From the IMG/VR virus record IMGVR_UViG_3300044701_000240, positions 1 through 34,519 of that record: a DNA stretch of 34,519 nucleotides; one strand, given 5' to 3'. This stretch comes from a virus. Taxonomy: Duplodnaviria > Caudoviricetes. This document shows, piece by piece, positions 16,009-23,365 of this stretch. A model generated the notes under the pieces. That model did no database searches. It was not told the DNA's origin and saw only the letters and a program-made list of their open reading frames with translations. Numbering within the stretch: position 1 is the stretch's first letter; every line of letters begins with the position of its first letter. A program made the position numbers and the translations under genes.

Positions 16009-17564
16009 TGTCAGCTAAAGAACGGTATGATTTCCTGTATGGTGATCGCACACAATATCTAAACATTGCACGTAGGGCAGCTGATCTCACCTTGCCTTAC
16101 CTGATCCGTGATGATGAAGAGGATTACAAATCTGCTAGACCGCTGCCATCTCCTTGGCAATCCGTCGGTGCTAAAGGTGTCGTAACTCTATCTTCCAAGC
16201 TGATGCTTGCATTGCTCCCTCCTCAAACTAGCTTCTTTAAGCTACAAGTGGATGAGACAATGCTTGGTCAGGATTATGGACCGGGTATCAAATCAGAACT
16301 TGATCTTGCTTTTGCTAAGATCGAACGTACTATCATGGAATCCATCGCTGCTAGTGATGATCGAGTGGTAGTCCACCAGGCACTTAAGCATTTGGTGGTA
16401 GCGGGTAACGCTCTGATTTACATGGGTAAGGAAGGTCTTCGACTGTATCCCTTGAATCGTTATGTTATAGATAGAGATGGTGATGGTAACGTCATTGAAA
16501 TCGTAACCAAGGAACGTGTCTCTCGGAAGCTTCTTGAAGATGTTCTCCCGAAGTCTAAGCCAAATGAAGTTGGTATCGATAAGCGAGGCAGTCGTGATGA
16601 GGTAGATATCTACACACACGTACGTCGTGATAACAACCGTTATGTTTGGCATCAAGAGGTAGAAGATATTGTACTTCCTAAATCATTTGGTAAAGCACCT
16701 GTCGATGCTAACCCCTGGCTGGCTCTACGGTTTAACACTGTAGATGGTGAGATGTACGGACGTGGCCGCGTAGAAGAGTTCATCGGAGATCTACGGTCTC
16801 TTGAAGCACTCTCTCAGGCACTCGTAGAAGGCTCTGCAGCAGCCGCTAAGGTTGTCTTCGTGGTATCCCCATCAAGCACCACTAAACCCCAGACGCTGGC
16901 CGCTGCAGGCAACGGTGCGATCGTTCAAGGTAGGCCTGATGACATTGGTGTTGTTCAGGTAGGTAAGACTGCTGACTTCCGCACTGCCTATGAGATGGCA
17001 TTGCAACTTGAACGCCGCATCTCTGATGCCTTCCTTATCCTTAATGTACGACAGTCGGAACGAACAACTGCTGAAGAAGTTCGGATGACTCAACTTGAAC
17101 TGGAACAACAACTTGGTGGACTATTCTCCATGTTGACTGTTGACTTCCTGGTTCCTTATTTGAACCGTAAGTTGGCTGTGTTCCAGAAGACTGGTGAGAT
17201 CCCACGTATCCCCAAAGGTATTGTTAAGCCTACAATTGTGGCTGGTATCAATGCACTTGGTCGTGGTCAAGATCGTGAAAGCCTTAGTGCTTTCCTGATG
17301 ACCATTTCTCAAACAATGGGTCCTAATGCTATCCAATCCTTTGTTAACCCTGAAGAGGTTATCAAACGTCTGGCTGCAGCACAAGGTATCGATGTACTGA
17401 ACCTTGTGAAATCAATGCAGGATGTTCAAGCAGAACAAGCACAAGCTATGCAGCAACAACAACAATTGGAGCTGGTTAAACAAGCTGGTCAGTTTGCATC
17501 TGCTCCTGCTAATGACCCATCTAAATATCCACAACCAAATGAGCAACCAAACCCCCAACCGTAA
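16008..17564 (+). CDS. gp8: Portal (head-tail connector)
   Basis: PWQSVGAKGV..LSSKLMLALLPP, YGRGRVEE, ERTTAEEVR. Confidence 0.97.
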   Translation: MSAKERYDFLYGDRTQYLNIARRAADLTLPYLIRDDEEDYKSARPLPSPWQSVGAKGVVTLSSKLMLALLPPQTSFFKLQVDETMLGQDYGPGIKSELDLAFAKIERTIMESIAASDDRVVVHQALKHLVVAGNALIYMGKEGLRLYPLNRYVIDRDGDGNVIEIVTKERVSRKLLEDVLPKSKPNEVGIDKRGSRDEVDIYTHVRRDNNRYVWHQEVEDIVLPKSFGKAPVDANPWLALRFNTVDGEMYGRGRVEEFIGDLRSLEALSQALVEGSAAAAKVVFVVSPSSTTKPQTLAAAGNGAIVQGRPDDIGVVQVGKTADFRTAYEMALQLERRISDAFLILNVRQSERTTAEEVRMTQLELEQQLGGLFSMLTVDFLVPYLNRKLAVFQKTGEIPRIPKGIVKPTIVAGINALGRGQDRESLSAFLMTISQTMGPNAIQSFVNPEEVIKRLAAAQGIDVLNLVKSMQDVQAEQAQAMQQQQQLELVKQAGQFASAPANDPSKYPQPNEQPNPQP

Positions 17565-17790
17565 TACCCGGCGCAAGCCGACTCAGGAAGAAGCAGAACG
17601 TGATGTTCGTGAAGTAGTCCATCCACCTACTGAAAAACCTGTACTTAAGGTAGAGACACCTAAACCAAATAAGTACGAACCTAAGGTCAAGCTAGGTACA
17701 CCTACGCTTGGTCGTTCACCCAACTATGTAACTAAAGTTGGTCTCGGAAATCTTGAAGTAACTACTGCACATGGCAACCCTGACGTATGA
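17539..17790 (+). CDS. Hypothetical protein between portal and scaffold
   Basis: MSNQTPNRNTRRKPTQ...; overlaps both neighbours. Confidence 0.65.
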   Translation: MSNQTPNRNTRRKPTQEEAERDVREVVHPPTEKPVLKVETPKPNKYEPKVKLGTPTLGRSPNYVTKVGLGNLEVTTAHGNPDV

Positions 17791-18544
17791 TCCCACCCCT
17801 GCGGATCAACCTGAGTTCAATGAAGCGGAACAGGAAGCTCTTGCCATTGGAGAGGCTGCTGCTGCCGAACAGCAACAGCTTCTCGCTGGTAAGTTTAAAG
17901 ATGCTGAAGCTCTGGAAAAAGCTTATCTTGAACTCCAATCCAAACTAGGTTCAAAGAAGAACGAATCCTCGGAAGAGGAACAAGTAGCTGAACCTGAAGA
18001 AGAAGTAGACGAAGAAGATACTTCTGCTAATATCCTTGATGTATTGTGGGAAGAAGTACAGGCAGGTAACCTGTCTGATAGCACTAAGGAACAGCTGTCT
18101 AAAATGAACACAGCTGACCTTGCTGCTGAATACCTCAAGTATCGTAAGGAAGTCGAAGAGAATAGCACCCAAGATTACGACATTACTGATGAGCAAGTTG
18201 CTGATCTGCGTAAGATTGCTGGTGGTGATGAAGGTTACCAAGACATGATTGCTTGGGCATCCGAGAATCTCTCCAAAGAGGAAGTGCAGATGTATGATAA
18301 CGTGATTGCCGGTGGTAATTACGATGCTATTACATTTGCAGTTCATGCACTGAAATCTAGGTACACTGAAGCTATGGGAATCGAAGGTCAATTGTTTAAG
18401 GGTAAACCTGCTAGTTCCACAAAGGATGTTTTCCGCTCTCAAGCTGAAGTGGTTTCTGCAATGGCAGACCCACGTTACGATAAAGACCCTGCATATCGTC
18501 AGGATGTCTTCGCTAAACTTGAACGCTCTAACATCCAATACTAA
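17771..18544 (+). CDS. gp9: Capsid assembly scaffolding protein
   Basis: LAGKFKDAEALEKAYLELQ, GG.EGY..M..WA, FRSQAEVV.AM.DPRY..DPAYR. Confidence 0.95.
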   Translation: MATLTYDPTPADQPEFNEAEQEALAIGEAAAAEQQQLLAGKFKDAEALEKAYLELQSKLGSKKNESSEEEQVAEPEEEVDEEDTSANILDVLWEEVQAGNLSDSTKEQLSKMNTADLAAEYLKYRKEVEENSTQDYDITDEQVADLRKIAGGDEGYQDMIAWASENLSKEEVQMYDNVIAGGNYDAITFAVHALKSRYTEAMGIEGQLFKGKPASSTKDVFRSQAEVVSAMADPRYDKDPAYRQDVFAKLERSNIQY

Positions 18545-18714
18545 TGCCTGATAACATCTTCGCTAAAGAACCTATCATGTACACTGACAAAGATTACACC
18601 GTGCCCCATAACGAACGTGCTGAACTCCTCAACGGTCGCCTTGCTATGCTTGGCTTTGTGGCTGCTATTGGCGCTTATGTCATGAGCGGTCAGATCATTC
18701 CTGGAGTATTCTGA
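18544..18714 (+). CDS. hli: High-light inducible protein (56 aa, not in ORF track)
   Basis: [13 protein letters not shown] chlorophyll-binding motif and [10 protein letters not shown]-terminus. Confidence 0.95.
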   Translation: MPDNIFAKEPIMYTDKDYTVPHNERAELLNGRLAMLGFVAAIGAYVMSGQIIPGVF

Positions 18715-18851
18715 TGCCTCTTAAAAAGGGTTCGTCTGATAAGACTGTATCCGCTAATATCCGTAAGATGAAAGGAGAGGGTTACCCTCAAAAGCAAGCT
18801 GTAGCCATCGCTTTGGATAAAGCTGGTAAGGCTAAGAAAAAGAAGAAGTGA
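18714..18851 (+). CDS. Small basic protein, QAVAIAL motif (DUF6496-like)
   Basis: [45 protein letters not shown]; TGATG coupling. Confidence 0.8.
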   Translation: MPLKKGSSDKTVSANIRKMKGEGYPQKQAVAIALDKAGKAKKKKK

Positions 18852-18935
18852 CCACTAGAGGTTCAGCCCCTAGCGCGTAGTGCTGAGCCTCATTAATGAG
18901 TAGATGGAAATATAAACGTTCCTTGCTATCTTATT

Positions 18936-19232
18936 ATGATTCCTCTTCTAACAACTCTGTCGGTGATTAGTTCGTGGTATGGTCCTGGCTTTGAAGGCCG
19001 CCTTACTGCTAATGGATCCCGATACAATCAACACGGCCTTACTGCTGCTCATAAGACACTCCCGTTTGGAACACGCCTTCGTGTTTGTTTCCAACGATGT
19101 GCCGTAGTGACGGTCACTGATCGCGGACCCTACATTCATGGTAGGGAAGTTGATCTCAGTAAAGGTGCGGCTGATGCTATCGGTCTTACCGCCTCTGGTG
19201 TTGGACGAGTCCAAGTAACACGACTCAACTAA
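18936..19232 (+). CDS. rlpA: RlpA-like double-psi beta-barrel lytic transglycosylase
   Basis: SWYGPGF.G..TANG, TAAHKTLPFGT, DRGPY..GR.VDLS..AA. Confidence 0.92.
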   Translation: MIPLLTTLSVISSWYGPGFEGRLTANGSRYNQHGLTAAHKTLPFGTRLRVCFQRCAVVTVTDRGPYIHGREVDLSKGAADAIGLTASGVGRVQVTRLN

Positions 19233-19238
19233 CTACAC

Positions 19239-19568
19239 ATGACTATGACAACCGAATGGTTGGCTGGACTCTTCGAAGGTGAAGGGTCCGTTTATTTTGA
19301 CAAATCAAATAAACAGTGGCGTATGAAACTGAAGATGACGGATGAAGATGTTGTCTCTCGGTTTCATCAAGGTGCTGGTGTAGGTAAGGTCTACTATGAA
19401 CCGAATAAGAACCTTAAACCAGCTTGGAATTGGGTACTGTTTCGGCAATCAGAAGTGAAAGCTTTTCTAATCCGACTCCTGCCTTTCCTCGGTAACCGCC
19501 GAGCATGTAAAACTCTTGACGCCTTGGACTACTTCGATGGTTGCTACAATTGCACAGCGCCCAACTAA
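19239..19568 (+). CDS. Free-standing single-motif LAGLIDADG homing endonuclease
   Basis: N-terminal [11 protein letters not shown] helix, MTDEDVV..F....G.G, LLPFLG.RR. Confidence 0.85.
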   Translation: MTMTTEWLAGLFEGEGSVYFDKSNKQWRMKLKMTDEDVVSRFHQGAGVGKVYYEPNKNLKPAWNWVLFRQSEVKAFLIRLLPFLGNRRACKTLDALDYFDGCYNCTAPN

Positions 19569-20625
19569 TCCACTAAGGGATACTTGGGACTCTTATCTTA
19601 ACTGGGTCACTTCGACCTCTAACCGTCTTTATATCGGCCATTCGGGAGTAATTATGATTCCCTGCCTTCTGGCCGCCACCATTTGTTTTATCCTGGCGTT
19701 CATCGCTGCACCTCCAACAGACATTGATGGAATACGAGAACCAGTTTCAGGCGCCTTACTCTTTGGAAACAACATCATCTCAGGAGCTGTTGTTCCCAGC
19801 TCAAACGCGATCGGACTCCATTTTTACCCAGTGTGGGAAGCTCATTCACTTGATGAATGGTTGTACAATGGAGGCGAATTCCAGCTCATCATCTTCCACT
19901 TCTTGGTGGGTATCTATGCTTACCTTCTCCGAGAATGGGAACTGTCTTATCGATTAGGAATGAGGCCTTGGATCTTTGTTGCATACTCGGCTCCAGTGGC
20001 GGCTGCTACCGCTGTATTCCTTGTCTATCCCTTTGGCCAAGGAAGCTTCTCTGATGGTATGCCTTTGGGTATCTCAGGAACCTTCAACTTTATGTTGGTC
20101 TTCCAAGCTGAACATAACATCCTTATGCACCCCCTCCATATGCTTGGAGTGGCAGGTGTGTTTGGTGGGGCTTTGTTTAGCGCGATGCACGGCAGTCTGG
20201 TTACGTCTAGTCTTATTCGTGAAACGACTGAAGAAGTATCTCAGAACTATGGATACAAGTTTGGTCAAGAAGAAGAGACGTATAACATCGTTGCCGCTCA
20301 TGGCTACTTTGGACGTTTGATCTTCCAATATGCTTCATTCAATAATAGCCGTAGCCTTCATTTCTTCCTTGCTACTTGGCCTGTTGTTGGTATTTGGCTT
20401 ACTAGTCTGGGCGTTTCGACCATGGCTTTTAATCTTAATGGCTTCAACTTTAACCAAAGCATTGTCAGTTCTGAAGGGCGAGTGATTAACACTTGGGCTG
20501 ACATTCTCAATCGTGCTAACCTTGGTTTTGAGGTGATGCATGAACGTAATGCCCATAACTTCCCACTTGATCTGGCAGCAGCTGAGACAACTCCTGTAGC
20601 ACTGACTGCTCCTACTATTGGTTAA
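19537..20625 (+). CDS. psbA: Photosystem II D1 protein (divergent)
   Basis: Full-length D1 retaining YZ161, D170, E189, H190, H198, H215, S264, H272, H332, E333, H337, D342, A344; Glu130; C-terminal extension. Confidence 0.98.
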   Translation: MVATIAQRPTNPLRDTWDSYLNWVTSTSNRLYIGHSGVIMIPCLLAATICFILAFIAAPPTDIDGIREPVSGALLFGNNIISGAVVPSSNAIGLHFYPVWEAHSLDEWLYNGGEFQLIIFHFLVGIYAYLLREWELSYRLGMRPWIFVAYSAPVAAATAVFLVYPFGQGSFSDGMPLGISGTFNFMLVFQAEHNILMHPLHMLGVAGVFGGALFSAMHGSLVTSSLIRETTEEVSQNYGYKFGQEEETYNIVAAHGYFGRLIFQYASFNNSRSLHFFLATWPVVGIWLTSLGVSTMAFNLNGFNFNQSIVSSEGRVINTWADILNRANLGFEVMHERNAHNFPLDLAAAETTPVALTAPTIG

Positions 20626-20629
20626 TGTA

Positions 20630-20689
20630 ATGTCTTGCGGAAAGAAGGGTCACAAAGGTGGCAAAGGTGGCTCAAAAAAAATCGGTTAG
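20630..20689 (+). CDS. Possible 19-aa Gly/Lys micropeptide
   Basis: MSCGKKGHKGGKGGSKKIG directly after the psbA stop. Confidence 0.35.
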   Translation: MSCGKKGHKGGKGGSKKIG

Positions 20690-20912
20690 TTTACAGATTG
20701 GTAAACATAAGTCACGTACTGGTGGCCTTACAGCTGCTGGCCGTGCTAAGTACAATCGAGAGACTGGCTCTAATTTGAAGGCACCTCAACCTGAAGGTGG
20801 TCCAAGAAAGCGTTCATTCTGTGCTCGTATGTCTGGGGTCAAAGGTCCCATGAAAGACGAGAAAGGTAGGCCTACACGTAAGGCCTTGGCACTTCGTAAA
20901 TGGAAATGTTAA
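20658..20912 (+). CDS. Basic small protein (DUF6321-like)
   Basis: HKSRTGGLTAAGRAKYNRETGSNLKAP...RKRSFCARM...ALRKWKC. Confidence 0.85.
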   Translation: MAKVAQKKSVSLQIGKHKSRTGGLTAAGRAKYNRETGSNLKAPQPEGGPRKRSFCARMSGVKGPMKDEKGRPTRKALALRKWKC

Positions 20913-21062
20913 ATGGCTAAACAAGGTCTATATGCTAACATCCACGCCAAGCGTAAGCGTATTGCTGCTGGTAGTGGAGAGAAGATGAGGAAGCCTGGCA
21001 CTGCTGGTGCTCCGACTGCAGCACAGTTTAAGCGTGCTGCTAAGACTGCTAAAAAGAAATAA
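20913..21062 (+). CDS. Small basic protein (49 aa, not in ORF track)
   Basis: MAKQGLYANIHAKRKRIAAGSGEKMRKPGTAGAPTAAQFKRAAKTAKKK. Confidence 0.8.
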   Translation: MAKQGLYANIHAKRKRIAAGSGEKMRKPGTAGAPTAAQFKRAAKTAKKK

Positions 21063-21063
21063 C

Positions 21064-21245
21064 CTTTAATAAGCAAATCCCTTATTAAAGTTTGGAGTCA
21101 GACACCTCAATGTCGGATCTGACTCCTCTTGGCTTAGGCCGGTTACGACCGACACCCTTTGCCATTGACAGTCTGGAGAGACAGACAAATCAATAATTTG
21201 AATGCACATGACTACTTGTCCTGTGAATTCCTAAGCGCTTAGGGA
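21064..21245 (+). promoter_or_regulatory. Multi-hairpin leader upstream of the major capsid gene
   Basis: At least six adjacent inverted repeats in the intergenic gap. Confidence 0.55.
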
Positions 21246-21275
21246 GACGTACATTAACATCTCTCTTTTCTAACA

Positions 21276-22328
21276 ATGACAACCTGGTCCCCGAATCCCG
21301 GTGTAGCCCCTAACGCAACTATTACGGCTACCGGTAACCTCAACAAAACCCCTGGCCTTGGTCTTACCCAAGGTGGTGCTGATTACGATAACAAGTACGC
21401 TACCTACCTCAAGCTTTTTAGCGGTGAGATGATTAAAGCGTATGAGTCTGTGTGTATCGCAAAAGATACTGTGCAGAATCGTACTCTGCGTAACGGCAAA
21501 TCGCTGCAGTTCATCTATACTGGCCGTATGACGGCTGGCTATCATCAACCTGGCACGCCTATCCTCGGGACGTCTAATCCTCCCGTGGCTGAGAAGACCG
21601 TGCTGATGGACGATCTGCTGGTGTCTTCTGCCTTCGTTTATGATCTTGACGAAACTCTTGCTCACTACTCTCTGCGGAGCGAGATTTCTGCCAAGATTGG
21701 TCATGCTCTGGCTGAAGCATACGATAAGAAAGTGTTCCGTGTGATCGCTAAGTCTGCGCGTACTGCTCATCCGATCACTGCTGCTCCTGGTCCTGAGCCT
21801 GGTGGTTCTGTGATCCAACTGGGTGCTAACAATGAGTACAATGCTCAAGCCCTGGTTGACGCATTCTTCGAGGCCGCCAGTATTCTCGACGAGAAGAATG
21901 TGCCCCGTCAAGGTCGTACTGCCGTGCTTAATCCTCGGCAATATTATGCCCTTGTGTCGCAGGTCGACACGAATATCCTCAACCGTGACTTTGGTGCCTC
22001 GCAAGGTAACCTGAACAGCGGTGAAGGCCTGTATGAAATCGCTGGTATTTCGATCCGTCGTTCTAACAACCTGCCCTTCCTGGCTGGTAACGTTAGCCGT
22101 GTGGATGGTGAGAACAACGATTACAGCGGTAACTTCTCGACCCACTGTGGTCTGATCTATCAGCGTGATGCTGCTGCTGTGGTGCAAGGCATTGGTCCCC
22201 AAATCCAAACCACTGGTGGTGATGTGAAGGCCATGTACCAAGGCGATCTGATCATCGGTCGTCTGGCCATGGGTGCTGATTGGCTGAACCCCGCTGCTGC
22301 TATTGAGCTGCAGTCGGCTCGCTCCTGA
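21276..22328 (+). CDS. gp10: Major capsid protein
   Basis: YLKLFSGE, RTLRNGKSLQFIYTGR, DDLLVSSAFVYDLDE, GHALAEAYD; strong codon bias. Confidence 0.97.
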   Translation: MTTWSPNPGVAPNATITATGNLNKTPGLGLTQGGADYDNKYATYLKLFSGEMIKAYESVCIAKDTVQNRTLRNGKSLQFIYTGRMTAGYHQPGTPILGTSNPPVAEKTVLMDDLLVSSAFVYDLDETLAHYSLRSEISAKIGHALAEAYDKKVFRVIAKSARTAHPITAAPGPEPGGSVIQLGANNEYNAQALVDAFFEAASILDEKNVPRQGRTAVLNPRQYYALVSQVDTNILNRDFGASQGNLNSGEGLYEIAGISIRRSNNLPFLAGNVSRVDGENNDYSGNFSTHCGLIYQRDAAAVVQGIGPQIQTTGGDVKAMYQGDLIIGRLAMGADWLNPAAAIELQSARS

Positions 22329-22340
22329 GGTAATTAAATT

Positions 22341-22625
22341 ATGGCAAACCTTACTGTTGCTGCTGGCGACAACGGTGTCGCTGGTACCGTTAACTTTGCT
22401 ACTCGCACTATTACTGGTGCTCTGGGTAACACCTATTCCGACAACGGTACCTTGGCCGTCTCTGACAACCATGCTGTTCGTCGTTCTGTTGCCAAGACTC
22501 GCCAAGCTTTTGGTGGCACTGTGAACGCTTCTGGTGTGTTCTCTGAAACCCAAGGCTTCCGTACTGCTTACTCTGGTGTTGAAGCCGATTCTCCGGCTCT
22601 CGATGCTAGCCGTACTGCAGTCTGA
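22341..22625 (+). CDS. Probable minor capsid / decoration protein
   Basis: GAGGT RBS; capsid-like codon bias; lies between the capsid gene and the terminator. Confidence 0.65.
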   Translation: MANLTVAAGDNGVAGTVNFATRTITGALGNTYSDNGTLAVSDNHAVRRSVAKTRQAFGGTVNASGVFSETQGFRTAYSGVEADSPALDASRTAV

Positions 22626-22641
22626 TAAAGGTTGACTTACT

Positions 22642-22667
22642 GGGGGGATCTACATGGTCCCCCTTTT
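22642..22667 (+). terminator. T-phi-like intrinsic terminator
   Basis: GGGGGATC-TACAT-GGTCCCCC followed by TTTT, between the capsid genes and gp11. Confidence 0.85.
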
Positions 22668-22696
22668 CTATTTATTAAACATATAACATTATTGTT

Positions 22697-23365
22697 ATGT
22701 CGCATTCTACCACTGGCTCTAAGACTGAGCTTCAAGCTGTCAATCAGATCCTGGCGTCAGTTGGTCAGGCACCTGTAACTTCTATTGATACTGAAACCAT
22801 TACCGATCAAAACGGTGCATCAGTTACAGTAGTAACCAACCCGGACGTTGCGATTGCTTACGATACTTTGCATGAAGTATCAAGAGAAGTTCAAGGGGAA
22901 GGTTGGACATTTAACCGAGAGTTTAATTATCCATTCACCCCAAATAACGATAATGAGATTCTGTGGCCTAATAATGTGCTGCAGCTAGACCTGTCTGATG
23001 ACCCTAGGTTTGTAGCTTATCGTGAAAGAGATGTCGTTAAGCGTAACGGTAAACTATACGATCGCATGAATCATACCTTTACTTGGTATGAACCAGTGTA
23101 CTGTGATGTTCTATGGCTATGGGAATGGGAAGACCTTCCGTCTCCTATCCAAGACTATATCACATGTCGTGCAGCTTCTGTTGCTTCTAGTCGTCTTATT
23201 GGTGACTCCACTCAATACCAAATTCTTCAACAAAAGGAAGCATATGCTCGTGCTATTGCACTAGAGTATGAATGCAACCAGGGAGACTATAGTATGTTTG
23301 GTTATCCCCGCCAAGGTACTTATTATCAAAGCTACCAACCCTACAATACTCTGCAAAGGTTCTGA
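22697..23365 (+). CDS. gp11: Tail tubular protein A
   Basis: TELQAVNQILASVGQAPV, EVSREVQGEGWTFN, EYECNQGDY. Confidence 0.95.
   Translation: MSHSTTGSKTELQAVNQILASVGQAPVTSIDTETITDQNGASVTVVTNPDVAIAYDTLHEVSREVQGEGWTFNREFNYPFTPNNDNEILWPNNVLQLDLSDDPRFVAYRERDVVKRNGKLYDRMNHTFTWYEPVYCDVLWLWEWEDLPSPIQDYITCRAASVASSRLIGDSTQYQILQQKEAYARAIALEYECNQGDYSMFGYPRQGTYYQSYQPYNTLQRF

Noticed and set aside
19239-19540. Group I intron or intein hosting the LAGLIDADG ORF
   Set aside because: No non-coding room for a ribozyme core, no suitable splice boundaries or intein terminal motifs, and psbA is uninterrupted
19537-20625. psbA as chlorophyll f synthase, rogue D1 or pseudogene
   Set aside because: All Mn-cluster ligands, YZ and the processing site are present and the frame is intact
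22320-22345. Capsid read-through or T7 10B-type extension into the 94-aa ORF
   Set aside because: Same frame but separated by two stops (TGA GGT AAT TAA); the downstream ORF has its own GAGGT RBS; no slippery site seen
21270-22553. 427-aa minus-strand ORF opposite the capsid genes (also the other minus-strand ORFs)
   Set aside because: Antisense shadow of strongly biased codons; no recognisable motifs; the genome is unidirectional
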